Assembly: GCA_023266115.1 (NCBI GenBank)
Contig: JAHFRU010000003.1
Location: 65,978 to 129,977 of the forward strand
Reading direction: 5' to 3'
DNA: 64,000 nt
Origin: Gammaproteobacteria bacterium
GTDB lineage: Bacteria > Pseudomonadota > Gammaproteobacteria > VBWC01
Below, in pieces: positions 42,201 through 56,036 of this stretch. A model generated the notes under the pieces. It did not search any database and was not told the DNA's origin. It was given only the letters and a program-made list of their open reading frames with translations. Position 1 is the first letter of the stretch. Each line of letters opens with the position of its first letter. A program made the position numbers and the translations under genes.

Positions 42201-42250
42201 TGCGTTATCGTGTAGCGCCTTTGGCAGACGACAACATCTGACGCACGACC

Positions 42251-43702
42251 ATGCAACTCTTCGTCATCCAGCGCATCGTCGGCATTCTGTTAATGTTATT
42301 CAGTGTTACGCTGCTGCCGCCGATGGCCGTTTCGTTGTTATATGACGACGGTGCGATAGCGCCGTTCGTTGTCGCCTTCGGTGTCGTGCTGCTGACCGGC
42401 GTCAGTTTCTGGATTCCGGTGCAGGCGCGCCGCGAGGAACTCAAGCTGCGTCATGGGTTTGTCGTCGTTGTGTTGTTCTGGACGGTGCTGGCGCTGTCAG
42501 GTGCACTGCCGCTGCTGCTTGGCACACATCCGCACATGTCGTTCACCGACGCCGTGTTCGAATCGATGTCCGCGCTGACGACGACCGGTGCCACTACCAT
42601 TGTCGGCCTCGACGGGCTGGCGGCGTCGTTGCTGTTCTATCGCCAGGAACTGCAATGGCTGGGCGGCATGGGCATCATCGTGCTGGCCGTCGCCGTGCTG
42701 CCGATGCTCGGTATTGGTGGCATGCAACTGTATCGCGCCGAGACACCCGGGCCGATGAAGGACAACAAGCTGACGCCGCGCATCACTGAAACCGCGAAGG
42801 CGCTCTGGTATATCTATCTCGGCCTGACAGTCGCCTGCGCGATCGGCTATTTCTTCGCCGGCATGAGCGTGTTCGACGCGATCGCGCACAGTTTCGCAAC
42901 ACTGTCGACCGGGGGGCTGTCGACACATGATCTCAGTTTCGCGTACTTCGACAGCCCGGCGATCGAGGCAGTCGCGGTAGTGTTCATGCTGCTCGGGGGC
43001 GTCAACTTCGCGTTGCACTTCATCGCGTTTAGCTCGCTGAGCATACGTCCCTACTTCGGCGATTCGGAATTCAGGGCCTATCTATGGGTACTGGCGGTGA
43101 CCGCTACGATTACCACTGCCTATCTCTACTATACCGCCACGTTCAGCAGTGTCGGCGGCGCACTGCGTCACGGCATATTCCAGGTGGTGTCTATTATTAC
43201 ATCGACTGGATTCACAACGACCGGATACGCCGACTGGCCAGGTTTTTTGCCCGCGATGCTGTTGCTGGCAAGCTTTATCGGCGGTTGCGCCGGTTCGACA
43301 AGCGGTGGCCTGAAAGTAATCCGCGTGATGTTGCTGATCAAGCAGGCGATGCGCGAGATCATGCGCCTGATCCATCCGAATGCCGAGATACCGGTGAAGA
43401 TCGGCGGCAAGACGCTGCCTTATCGGGTCGTCGACGCTATTTGGGGTTTTTTTTCGCTGTACGTGATCTGTTTCTGCGTGATGTCGCTGATACTGATGGC
43501 GACCGGCCTGGATTTGGTGACATCGTTTTCCGCGGTCGCGGCCTGCATGAATAATGTTGGCCCGGGCCTCGGTGATGTCAGTGCGAATTTCACCAGCGTG
43601 TCCCCGGTGGGAAAATGGGTGCTCTCTTTCGCGATGCTGCTCGGGCGCCTCGAGGTTTTCACGTTGCTGGTATTGCTGACCCCCGCTTTCTGGCGTCGTT
43701 GA
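42251..43702 (+). CDS. trkH: Trk potassium uptake membrane protein
   Basis: [30 protein letters not shown]. Confidence 0.94.
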   Translation: MQLFVIQRIVGILLMLFSVTLLPPMAVSLLYDDGAIAPFVVAFGVVLLTGVSFWIPVQARREELKLRHGFVVVVLFWTVLALSGALPLLLGTHPHMSFTDAVFESMSALTTTGATTIVGLDGLAASLLFYRQELQWLGGMGIIVLAVAVLPMLGIGGMQLYRAETPGPMKDNKLTPRITETAKALWYIYLGLTVACAIGYFFAGMSVFDAIAHSFATLSTGGLSTHDLSFAYFDSPAIEAVAVVFMLLGGVNFALHFIAFSSLSIRPYFGDSEFRAYLWVLAVTATITTAYLYYTATFSSVGGALRHGIFQVVSIITSTGFTTTGYADWPGFLPAMLLLASFIGGCAGSTSGGLKVIRVMLLIKQAMREIMRLIHPNAEIPVKIGGKTLPYRVVDAIWGFFSLYVICFCVMSLILMATGLDLVTSFSAVAACMNNVGPGLGDVSANFTSVSPVGKWVLSFAMLLGRLEVFTLLVLLTPAFWRR

Positions 43703-43723
43703 TCAATTTGTGGAGTCCGGATT

Positions 43724-44314
43724 ATGAATGATATCGCCACGCAGGAGAAATGGGACCGCATCTACGCCGCGGCCGACAAACCGCCGCAGACAGTTTGTCG
43801 CGTGCTGGAAGAGAATGCGCATCTGCTGCCGGCGAAAGGCACTGCGCTGGATCTGGCGTGCGGCCTTGGCGCGAACGCTTTTTTCCTCGCGGAGAATGGA
43901 TTGAAGACCCTGGGCTGGGACATCTCGCCGGTGGCAGTGCGGCGCGTCGAGGAATGGGCGCAACAACGCAAGCTGCCAGTGCAGGCCGAGGTACGCGACG
44001 TGCTGGTCGATCCATTGTTGCAAGAGGAATTTGACGTCATCGTCGTGGCGCATTTTCTCGACCGCTCGCTGGTACCGCATCTGATCAACGCGCTTCGGCC
44101 CGGCGGCCTGCTGTTCTACCAGACCTTTACCCGGAACAAGCTCACCGCATCCGGACCGAGCAACGCCGAGTTTCTGCTCAGCGAAAACGAACTGCTGCGG
44201 CTGTTCGCGCCGCTGAGTGCGCTGGTCTATCGCGACGAAGGGCGTGTCGGCGATATCACGCGCGGCATGCGCAGCGAGGCGATGCTGGTGGCGCAGAAGG
44301 CCGTGCGGCGCTGA
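43724..44314 (+). CDS. Class I SAM-dependent methyltransferase (TehB-like)
   Basis: ALDLACGLGAN, DIS, LRPGGLLFY. Confidence 0.85.
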   Translation: MNDIATQEKWDRIYAAADKPPQTVCRVLEENAHLLPAKGTALDLACGLGANAFFLAENGLKTLGWDISPVAVRRVEEWAQQRKLPVQAEVRDVLVDPLLQEEFDVIVVAHFLDRSLVPHLINALRPGGLLFYQTFTRNKLTASGPSNAEFLLSENELLRLFAPLSALVYRDEGRVGDITRGMRSEAMLVAQKAVRR

Positions 44315-44340
44315 CACACCGGAATTGTTCTGGCCTGAAT

Positions 44341-44629
44341 AAATATTTGTAGGGTGGGTTAGCGAAGCGTAACCCACCAGGCTGTCGCCGCAGGCGACAA
44401 CAAAAACATTTAAGGAAGCTCTGATCAAGTGGCTTCTTGTCATTTCGACCGCAGGGAGAAATCCTGATGTGATGGAATCGCCTCGTATCGCTTGCCGCGA
44501 AGATTTCTCGCCAGCCCCTCGCTGTGCTCGGGGCAAGGCTCGAAATGACATTGAATAGGATCTTGAGTCGCCCGCGGCGACAGATTGGTGGGTTACGACG
44601 CAAGCGTCTAACCCACCCTACAAATATTT
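44341..44629. repeat. REP doublet (REPIN-like) with nested palindromic repeats
   Basis: Outer arms AAATATTTGTAGGGTGGGTTAG../..CTAACCCACCCTACAAATATTT; inner TGTCATTTCGA (44438) / TCGAAATGACA (44550). Confidence 0.85.
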
Positions 44630-44680
44630 TTTTAAGAGCAAGAGAAAGGCGAGACGGGAAGCGTGTAGAAAGGGCTAAAT

Positions 44681-45001
44681 CTAATCCCGCGGCTTCCTCA
44701 ACCGCTTCAAAAACACCTCCATCTCCTTCACTGCCTGACGATCCCCGCGTGTTTCAGCGACGCGTATACCCTCCTCATATACCGTGATCGCCTTGTCGGC
44801 TTCACCCAGCTCGGTCAGTACACGACCGTGGAGTTTCCATGCAGCGGAATAGCCGCGATCGAGCTGGATCGCGCGTTCGATATGCGCAAGCGCCTTTTTC
44901 GCTTCGCCGTTTTTGAACAGTGCATCCGCCAGGCCATAGCGCAACGGCGCGGTATCGGCGCCGGCGGCGAGCATTTTTTCCAGGTTGGCGATCAGGCTCA
45001 T
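44681..45001 (-). CDS. Small TPR protein
   Basis: LRYGLA, YSAAWKLHGRVL, KEMEVFLKRL. Confidence 0.85.
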   Translation of the reverse strand: MSLIANLEKMLAAGADTAPLRYGLADALFKNGEAKKALAHIERAIQLDRGYSAAWKLHGRVLTELGEADKAITVYEEGIRVAETRGDRQAVKEMEVFLKRLRKPRD

Positions 45002-45004
45002 GGC

Positions 45005-45907
45005 TCAGGTCGTGGGCAGATCGCTCTTGTTGTAGTGAAAAAGCTGACCGCCGGGGCGCATGTAGAAACGACGGTAGGACCATTGATATTGCTCCGGCAG
45101 TGAACGCACGCACTGTTCGACGCCGCGGTTGAGCGCGGCGACTGCCTTGAGTGGATCAGGATCGCCTATCCCGGTATCGGCCTTGACGAAGTGCAGATGA
45201 AAGCCGTGCCCGCGCGGCAGCCGTTCGGCATAGGTGAAGAACACCGCTGCGCGCGTCTTTTGCACCAGCCGTGACAGCAGCACCATCGTATACGCGTCGT
45301 TGCCAAAGAACGGCGCGAACAGGCCGTTGCCGGTATTCGGTATCTGGTCGGGCAGTATGCCGATCAGTTCGCCGGCCCCCAGCGCCTTGTACAACGCGCG
45401 CACTCCGCTCGCGTCTGTTGGCACCAGCCTGGCGCCGCAACGTTCGCGCGCGTTGCGGATCATCTTGTCGAGTTCGGCCATGCGTGGCGGCCGGTAAAGA
45501 CTGGTCATGGGATATTGCGCCGAGCAATACAGGCCGACCATTTCCCATGCGCCGAGATGCGGTGCGGCGATAATCGCGCCGTTGCCGTGCGCCAGTGCTT
45601 CCTTCAGTGCTTCTTCACCGCTGACTTTTTTAACGAGCGACAGCACCTGCGGCCTGGGCCAAAGCCATAACGCGCCGACCTCAAGCGCAGTTTTTCCGGT
45701 CTCGATGAGGCTGCGCCGGACCAGCTGCCGGCGCACGGGTTCATCCAGATCAGGAAAACACCGGCGAATATTGATTGTCGAAATCAGGCGTTGGCGGTTC
45801 GGAAACAACGCAAGCAGCCAGCCGGTCATCGCGCCGACCGGATGGGCGACGGGCAGCGGTAACAACGCGGAAATCCGCAGGACTAATCGGGCGATTCGGG
45901 CACGCAT
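45005..45907 (-). CDS. Lipid A biosynthesis acyltransferase (LpxL/HtrB family)
   Basis: PHLGAWE, ILPDQ, APFFG, PEQYQWSYRRF. Confidence 0.88.
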   Translation of the reverse strand: MRARIARLVLRISALLPLPVAHPVGAMTGWLLALFPNRQRLISTINIRRCFPDLDEPVRRQLVRRSLIETGKTALEVGALWLWPRPQVLSLVKKVSGEEALKEALAHGNGAIIAAPHLGAWEMVGLYCSAQYPMTSLYRPPRMAELDKMIRNARERCGARLVPTDASGVRALYKALGAGELIGILPDQIPNTGNGLFAPFFGNDAYTMVLLSRLVQKTRAAVFFTYAERLPRGHGFHLHFVKADTGIGDPDPLKAVAALNRGVEQCVRSLPEQYQWSYRRFYMRPGGQLFHYNKSDLPTT

Positions 45908-46053
45908 GGCTCATGCAGCTGTTATGGTTGGTCAACTATAAGGAGTAACGATGGTAGAATACCACGGCCCGCGCGCACCGCGCCGGGTGAACCTTTTCGC
46001 CAGGCAGGGTCTATAATCACCCGGCAATGAATTGGCTGAGCTCCGATTAGTTC

Positions 46054-46187
46054 GTCATTCCGGGCGACGCGAAGCGTACGAGTCCATGGATGGGCGAGGA
46101 GACCGTGTCGTGAACCGGTGGTCGAGACCCGGAATCCAGTGCTTTCTACAAAGTTCGTGACTGGATTCCCGCGTTCGCGGGAATGAC
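46054..46187. repeat. GTCATTCC..GGAATGAC palindromic repeat carrying a 47-bp insert
   Basis: GTCATTCCGGG..GACCCGGAATCCAG..CTGGATTCCCGCGTTCGCGGGAATGAC; second copy near 63179-63361. Confidence 0.85.
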
Positions 46188-46250
46188 ACAAGGCCGTTGA
46201 TCATAGACTTTTGCACAGCACGGCGCTTGCGCCGGGAGAAGAGCATTACC

Positions 46251-49991
<3,741 letters not shown>

Positions 49992-50469
49992 CAATTCCTT
50001 CTACCCTCCGGGCATAAATCCCAGTGGGAGAGGGAGCAAAAGCCGAAAATACTTTCACAGTTTCGAAGCGTATTGCGCCGAATGTCGATGTAAAATCCCC
50101 TTCCACGTTGTTGACTGTTTGTCGACAGGCTTGACGATCGTCAGGTTGTTAATCTGCATGGCGATACTGGTCGATCCGGTTTTGGCCTTCGGTATGCGCA
50201 AATCAGCAGCGTGCGGGGTGACTGCGTTTGCCGCTTCGTTTGCGCGTTTTCCGGTCATTCTTGCCGGTCCCGCGTTTTGATATGATGGCTATCTTGCATT
50301 TGTCCAGGCGTTCACCCGGTGGGAAAGGCTAGCGGCCGTTGATGATGACCCCGGGTTGCCATGACCGGCGCGTCACATGGCCGGAATTGCAACGCCAATA
50401 CTGTCCTGTGGTTCGGCGTGTAATTAAATGTCCGCGCCTTCACTGCCGCATTTACGGATAGCGAATGAT

Positions 50470-51804
50470 ATGGTCGTTGAAATAATCGTTGTATTACTGC
50501 TGACCTCGATAAACGCGGTGTTCGCGATGTCCGAACTCGCGGTGGTTTCGTCGCGCAGGGCCCGTCTGGTTCATATGGCGGATCGGGGGAATCGCGGTGC
50601 CCGGGTGGCTCTCAAACTTGTCGACGATCCGGGCAGATTCCTGTCGACAGTCCAGATCGGCATTACGCTGGTCGGAATTATCGCCGGCGCCTACAGCGGC
50701 GCCACGCTGGGGGATCGTCTGGGTGATTGGCTGGAAGGTTTTCCTTCGATGTCACACTATGGCGACACCATCGGTGTCACCGTGGTTGTTATCGCGATGA
50801 CTTATCTCTCGCTCGTTGTCGGCGAGCTGGTCCCGAAACGGATCGCACTGACCAATCCCGAACGCATCGCTGCTTTCATCGCGATTCCCATGCAGCTTGT
50901 TTCCCGCGCGGCGGCGCCGGCCGTATGGGTGCTGAAGGTTTCCATAGAAGCCACAATGAATGTGTTACGGATCTCCGGGACACGCGATGCGACCGTCAAC
51001 GAGGAAGAAATAAAGACTTTGATCGCCGAAGGAACCCTGGCCGGCGTTTTCGCGCCGCAGGAGCGCGTGATGATCGAAGGTGTGCTGCGGATGGCCGACA
51101 GGCCGGTGCGGGCGATCATGACGCCGCGCACGGATATTGTGTGGGTTGATGTCAATGCGAGCCGGCAGGAGTTGCTCGCGGCTATCGAAGCAAACTGCTT
51201 TTCACGACTGCTCGTCTGCGATGGCGAGGTGGATCGGGCCGTCGGATTCGTCCATACCAAGGACATGCTTCCGATAGCGCTGCGCGGTGAGCAGCCGGAT
51301 CTAAAGGTATTGATGATCCCGGTGCTTCATGTGCCGGAACATACAACGGTGCTGAAGATGCTCGATGTGTTTAAACGCGAGAGGATGCACATGGCGGTCG
51401 TCATTGACGAGTACGGGACAACGGAAGGACTGACGACCGTTACGGACGTACTTGAGTCGATCGCCGGCGAGTTGCCGCGGCGCGGCGAGGAAGCCGAGCC
51501 GCTGATCGTGCAACGAGATGATGGATCATGGCTGGTTGACGGGATGTTGCCGATCGATGAGTTCGGGAACCGTACCGGTCTGCGTGGGCTGCGCGAGGGT
51601 GGTGATTTTCACACTATTGCGGGATTCATGCTGCAGAAATTTGGTGATTTACCGCATTCTGGCGCAAGCTTCCGCCATGGAAACGCGCGCTTCGAGGTCG
51701 TCGACATGGATGGGCGCCGCATCGACAAGGTGCTGGTCGAAATCAAACCGCCATCGGCCGATCAGCAGCCCGTGGACGACAAGGATCAACAGAACCAGCA
51801 ATAA
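50470..51804 (+). CDS. Hemolysin-family (DUF21-CBS-CorC) membrane protein
   Basis: FAMSELAVVS, FLSTVQIGITL, GELVPK, IDEYG, DGRRIDKV. Confidence 0.9.
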   Translation: MVVEIIVVLLLTSINAVFAMSELAVVSSRRARLVHMADRGNRGARVALKLVDDPGRFLSTVQIGITLVGIIAGAYSGATLGDRLGDWLEGFPSMSHYGDTIGVTVVVIAMTYLSLVVGELVPKRIALTNPERIAAFIAIPMQLVSRAAAPAVWVLKVSIEATMNVLRISGTRDATVNEEEIKTLIAEGTLAGVFAPQERVMIEGVLRMADRPVRAIMTPRTDIVWVDVNASRQELLAAIEANCFSRLLVCDGEVDRAVGFVHTKDMLPIALRGEQPDLKVLMIPVLHVPEHTTVLKMLDVFKRERMHMAVVIDEYGTTEGLTTVTDVLESIAGELPRRGEEAEPLIVQRDDGSWLVDGMLPIDEFGNRTGLRGLREGGDFHTIAGFMLQKFGDLPHSGASFRHGNARFEVVDMDGRRIDKVLVEIKPPSADQQPVDDKDQQNQQ

Positions 51805-51895
51805 TATCCGCGCGGCCCGCGGCCCGGCCGTTGTTGTCGTATTGTGCGCTTTTATATATGCTTGCGGCTCGTCTGATGTGCCGGGGATTTGTTTG

Positions 51896-52165
51896 ATGCA
51901 GCGGTTTCGCGTTACAGCACTCATTATTTGCCTGTTGCTGGCACAGTCGGCGTTGCTTGCGCATCAGCTCGATCTGTCTGCGCACAGCGATGGTCAGACG
52001 TGCGAGTACTGCGCGCTGACGGGGTCGCTCGACAAACCTGTCGCCGATATTGCAATTTCCTTTCGTTTGACTTCCGATGCCGTTGAGGCCCAGCCACTGA
52101 TCAGCCCGGTGGTTCTGGTCCGGACGCTAACGTTCAACGCCCGCGCTCCACCTCTCTTTTCCTGA
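51896..52165 (+). CDS. DUF2946-like leader peptide (signal peptide, CxxC, RAPP)
   Basis: MQRFRVTALIICLLLAQSALLAH..H..CEYC..NARAPPLFS. Confidence 0.75.
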   Translation: MQRFRVTALIICLLLAQSALLAHQLDLSAHSDGQTCEYCALTGSLDKPVADIAISFRLTSDAVEAQPLISPVVLVRTLTFNARAPPLFS

Positions 52166-52248
52166 CACGTATTTGATCCCGTAACAGCAGGCGCATCCCG
52201 CGGGATTGCCTGCGATGTCTGTTCGGACAATTCGAGGAAACAGCAGAG

Positions 52249-53427
52249 ATGAAGCGCAAATTTCGTTCGTGGTATTTCGGCCGTGCGATTCTTGCGACGG
52301 CGGCAACGGTGCTTGGCTCGACGGCGCAGGCCCAGGAGCCCGGGGCGCAGGCGGCGTCCAGCGCATTCAATCCGGCCTTGAGTCTGATTATGGACGCGAC
52401 GTTCGCGAGTTTCGATCAGAAACCGGCGACGTATGCAATTCCCGGCGTGGCGCTCGCCGACGACACCGGGCCTGGCGAGGAGGGTTTCAGTCTTGGCGAG
52501 TCCGAGTTGGTCGTCAGCAGTAACGTCGATGACAAATTCTACGGGTTGTTGACCGCCGCGTTGAAGCCGGAGAATGCCGTCGAGGTCGAGGAGGCATTCA
52601 TCGAAACCACCGGTCTGGGTTATGGCGCGACCATCAAGGCCGGGCGCTTCTTTTCCGGTATTGGCTATTTGAACGACCAGCATGCCCATGTCCGGGATTT
52701 TGTCGACACTGCGTTGCCGTATCGCGCGATGCTCGGGAATCAGTATCGCGACGACGGTGTGCAATTGCGAGTGGTCGCGCCGACCGATCTGTTCATCGAG
52801 GTCGGCGCGGAGATGTTCCGCGGCGATGGTTACCCTGCCGGTGGCGCGGCGAACGACGGCAAAGGCACGAAATCGGTATTCGTGCATGCCGGTGACGACG
52901 TCGGCGCCAGCCACAGCTGGCGCGCCGGGATTTCACGGCTGAATACCCGGGCGATCGATCGCGAAACCGGGACCACGCCCGATCTGTTCACCGGCGACAG
53001 TAACGTGACGATCGTCGATCTCCTGTGGAAATGGGCGCCGAACCGTAATCCGTCGGAACATTACCTCAAGTTGCAGGCCGAGTACCTGCGGCGCGACGAG
53101 GACGGCGCGTTCAATACCATCGCCTGCGACACCCGACAGCGCGGCTGGTACACGCAGGCAGTCTACCAGTTCATGCCACGCTGGCGCGTTGGCCTGAGGC
53201 ACGACGCGGTAGCGGCCGACGATGTGCCGGTGGCGCTCGCTGCAACGGCGCTGGACAACCAGCAACACAAACCGGAACGCAGCTCGTTGATGGTCGATTT
53301 CTCGAACAGTGAGTTCAGCCGGTTGCGCCTGCAGTACAACAATGACAACTCCCGGCCAGTGAGCGATACGCAGTGGTATGTGCAGTATCTGATGAGTCTG
53401 GGCGCGCACGGCGCGCACAAATACTAG
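52249..53427 (+). CDS. Outer-membrane beta-barrel associated with metal uptake
   Basis: Signal peptide; FNPALSLI, VEEAFI, KAGRFFS, HAH, SEFSRLRLQY, C-terminal SLGAHGAHKY. Confidence 0.75.
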   Translation: MKRKFRSWYFGRAILATAATVLGSTAQAQEPGAQAASSAFNPALSLIMDATFASFDQKPATYAIPGVALADDTGPGEEGFSLGESELVVSSNVDDKFYGLLTAALKPENAVEVEEAFIETTGLGYGATIKAGRFFSGIGYLNDQHAHVRDFVDTALPYRAMLGNQYRDDGVQLRVVAPTDLFIEVGAEMFRGDGYPAGGAANDGKGTKSVFVHAGDDVGASHSWRAGISRLNTRAIDRETGTTPDLFTGDSNVTIVDLLWKWAPNRNPSEHYLKLQAEYLRRDEDGAFNTIACDTRQRGWYTQAVYQFMPRWRVGLRHDAVAADDVPVALAATALDNQQHKPERSSLMVDFSNSEFSRLRLQYNNDNSRPVSDTQWYVQYLMSLGAHGAHKY

Positions 53428-53438
53428 GAGCGTGGATC

Positions 53439-54344
53439 ATGCGATACATAATGAATGGTTGTCTGGTATTGCTGTTGACGTCGGCCATCTCGTGCGCGCA
53501 GGCGGCAGTGAAAGTTTTCACCTGTGAGCCGGAATGGGCGGCTTTGGTGATGGAGCTGGGTGGTGCGCAAGTCGATGTGTATGCGGCGACGAATGGTCTG
53601 CAGGATCCGCATCGCGTCGAGGCGCGCCCGAGCCTGATTGCAAAACTGCGGAACGCCGATCTGCTGGTGTGTACCGGCGGCGGGCTGGAGGCTGGCTGGC
53701 TGCCGGTGTTGTTGCGTCAGTCCGGTAACGCACATGTACAGCCGGGAACCCCCGGATATTTCGAGGCCGCGAGCCACGTGACCATGCTTGAGGTGCCGGC
53801 GACGGTGGATCGCGCGATGGGGGATGTGCATCCGGAAGGCAATCCGCATATTCATGTCGATCCACGCCGGATCGCGCGGGTTGCCGAAGCGCTTGCCGGG
53901 CAGCTGGCGGAGATCGACCGTGACCACGCGTCGCTGTATCGCCAGCGTTATGCGGATTTCTCGTCGCGCTGGCAGGCGGCCATGGTGCGTTGGGAAAAAA
54001 TTGCCGCGCCGTTGCGCGGCGCGGCCATCATCGCGCATCACAAGGACTGGGTCTATTTTGCCGACTGGCTTGGGCTGCGCGAGGTGGCGATGCTGGAACC
54101 GCTGCCGGGGTTGCCGCCGACCGTTCTGCATCTCGCAGAGCTGAAAGACCGCTACAAGGCGGGTGACGTGCTGGCGATTATTCGTACGCCCTATCAGGAC
54201 GCGAAGGGCTCCGAATGGCTGAACCGGCAGACCGGTATTCCGGCCGTTGTGCTGCCGTACAGCGTCGGCGGCACGCCGGCCGCCACCGATCTGTTCGCGT
54301 TGTTCGATGAATCGTTACGCATGTTGCTCGAGCTGAAACGGTGA
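53439..54344 (+). CDS. Metal ABC transporter substrate-binding protein (ZnuA/TroA family)
   Basis: QDPHRVE, GDVHPEGNPH, HHKDW, LEPLPGLPP. Confidence 0.87.
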   Translation: MRYIMNGCLVLLLTSAISCAQAAVKVFTCEPEWAALVMELGGAQVDVYAATNGLQDPHRVEARPSLIAKLRNADLLVCTGGGLEAGWLPVLLRQSGNAHVQPGTPGYFEAASHVTMLEVPATVDRAMGDVHPEGNPHIHVDPRRIARVAEALAGQLAEIDRDHASLYRQRYADFSSRWQAAMVRWEKIAAPLRGAAIIAHHKDWVYFADWLGLREVAMLEPLPGLPPTVLHLAELKDRYKAGDVLAIIRTPYQDAKGSEWLNRQTGIPAVVLPYSVGGTPAATDLFALFDESLRMLLELKR

Positions 54345-55093
54345 ACGCCGCAGCGCTGGATATCGGCGTACTCGGTCCGGCATTGCTCGCCGGCTTGCTG
54401 GTGACCGCAACGCACGTGCCGCTTGGCCAGCAGGTGCTCAAACGCGGCATTATTTTCATCGACCTTGCAATTGCGCAGATCGCCGGTCTCGGTCTGATGG
54501 CAGCGTACACATTCGGCTGGGAGATCGGCGGCTGGCACATGCAGGCCACGGCATTTATCGCGGCGCTCGGCGGTGCATTGTTACTCGCCTGGACCGAGCG
54601 GCGCTGGCCACAACTGCAGGAGGCATTGATCGGCACGCTGTTCGTGCTGGCGGCAACCGGTGCCATCCTGTTGCTCAGCGCGAATCCGCACGGCGGCGAG
54701 CACTTGCGGGATCTGATGGTCGGTCAGATACTCTGGGTCAGCTATGAGCAACTCTGGCCGGTCGCGATCCTCTATGCGGTGTTGCTGGCGCTGTGGTTCG
54801 GCGGGCGCTGTTACCAGCGCACCTTGCCGTTTTACCTGATCTTCGCGCTGGCCATCACCGCGTCCGTGCAGCTGGTCGGCGTGTTTCTGGTGTTTGCCAC
54901 ACTGATTGTTCCGGCGATGTTTACCAGCCGTCTCACGAGCCAACGGTTGCTGGCGGGATACCTGTTGAGTTCGTTCGCCTATGGCGCGGGGTTGGTCGCG
55001 TCCGCGTTATCAGACCTGCCGAGCGGCGCGCTCATCGTCTGGAGCCTGGCGGTGTTGGCGGTTGCCGGCGGAATGGTGATCAGACGGACGTAG
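54341..55093 (+). CDS. Metal ABC transporter permease (ZnuB/ABC-3 family)
   Basis: VLKRGIIFIDLAIAQ, GQILWV, VGVFLVFATLIVPA, DLPSGA. Confidence 0.85.
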   Translation: MNAAALDIGVLGPALLAGLLVTATHVPLGQQVLKRGIIFIDLAIAQIAGLGLMAAYTFGWEIGGWHMQATAFIAALGGALLLAWTERRWPQLQEALIGTLFVLAATGAILLLSANPHGGEHLRDLMVGQILWVSYEQLWPVAILYAVLLALWFGGRCYQRTLPFYLIFALAITASVQLVGVFLVFATLIVPAMFTSRLTSQRLLAGYLLSSFAYGAGLVASALSDLPSGALIVWSLAVLAVAGGMVIRRT

Positions 55094-55430
55094 CTGCGGC
55101 GCGGCGAAAACGGGTCATCGGATGAAACACGCGGCGACAGTGCCGGTAGCGCGGTCGGGCGGATTATCGGATCGATGCGCGCCGATGCCCGGGGTGTAAC
55201 TGTTGCGGTGATCGACGGCTGGCATCTGAACGCGTATTGTCGCTCGTCGGGGTGAACCGCGGCGGTTGACCGGGCATTGTTACCCGATGGCGCCTGTCGT
55301 TCGGTTATCCTGCGAATGTATCGGCTCCCCGGAGCCATTGAATTCCCGCCTCTTAATACTCCCTTAATGATGATCCGGTAATCTACACGGTCTCACCCAC
55401 CGCCGTGGCGTGAGGCGCCGCCGCACGGAT

Positions 55431-55457
55431 GGAACCTTTTCGAACCGGGGATCGTGT
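55431..55457 (+). promoter_or_regulatory. Candidate ECF promoter 1
   Basis: GGAACC-N16-CGTGT directly upstream of the ECF sigma gene. Confidence 0.65.
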
Positions 55458-55466
55458 AATTGAGTG

Positions 55467-56036
55467 ATGGGGAATATTCTGAAATTTAGTGATCGAGCGA
55501 CGGAGCGCGTGCGCTTTGAGGCGTTGTTACGTCCGCACATGGCCCGGCTGTTTAAACTGGCCTGCCGGTTCACCGGTAATGTCCCGGATGCCGAGGATCT
55601 GGTACAGGATCTGCTGATCAAGCTTTATCCGCGCTGTGTCGAGCTCGAGAAGCTCGAGCAGCCGGCGCCATGGCTGGCGCGGGTGATGTACCGGATGTGG
55701 GTCGACCAGCGGCGACGTTACCACCGGTCGCCGGTCATCTTTGCAGAGGACCTGGTTCAATTCGCGCAAGCCGATGCCGCAGTCAACCACGTTGGTGCTG
55801 TTTCGGCCGACTGTCCCGCCCAGCGCTATGAGCGCGAATATTCCCGGCGGCGGTTACAGCAGGCCCTGTACGACTTGTCAGACGATCACCGGACGGTGGT
55901 ATTGATGCACGATGTTGAAGGTTACTCGCTGAACGAAATCGGCGATATTCTGGATTGTGCCGTGGGTACGGTGAAATCGCGGCTGCACCGCGCCCGCGCC
56001 TGTCTGCGGCAATGCCTCGACGATGGAACCTTTTGA
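55467..56036 (+). CDS. ECF RNA polymerase sigma factor
   Basis: DAEDLVQD (region 2), GTVKSRLHRAR (region 4). Confidence 0.92.
   Translation: MGNILKFSDRATERVRFEALLRPHMARLFKLACRFTGNVPDAEDLVQDLLIKLYPRCVELEKLEQPAPWLARVMYRMWVDQRRRYHRSPVIFAEDLVQFAQADAAVNHVGAVSADCPAQRYEREYSRRRLQQALYDLSDDHRTVVLMHDVEGYSLNEIGDILDCAVGTVKSRLHRARACLRQCLDDGTF

Noticed and set aside
43703..44551. 282-aa minus-strand ORF
   Set aside because: Read-through of repeat DNA plus antisense of the methyltransferase.
44341..46187. Possible CRISPR array or integron attC sites among the palindromes
   Set aside because: No regularly spaced direct repeats, cas genes or integrase; repeats are dispersed and inverted.
45910..46250. SAM/SAH/cobalamin riboswitch before metH
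   Set aside because: No conserved aptamer motifs; the structure is explained by a repeat also found near 63180.
49992..50469. Riboswitch (yybP-ykoY, fluoride) or small ORF upstream of the hemolysin-family gene
   Set aside because: Consensus motifs not found; short ORFs on both strands unrecognisable; only a decayed CCCTC..GGGAGAGGG repeat trace.
51518..51895. 5' part of the 215-aa ORF 51518-52165
   Set aside because: Overlaps the hemolysin-family gene; only the part from ATG 51896 looks like a real protein.
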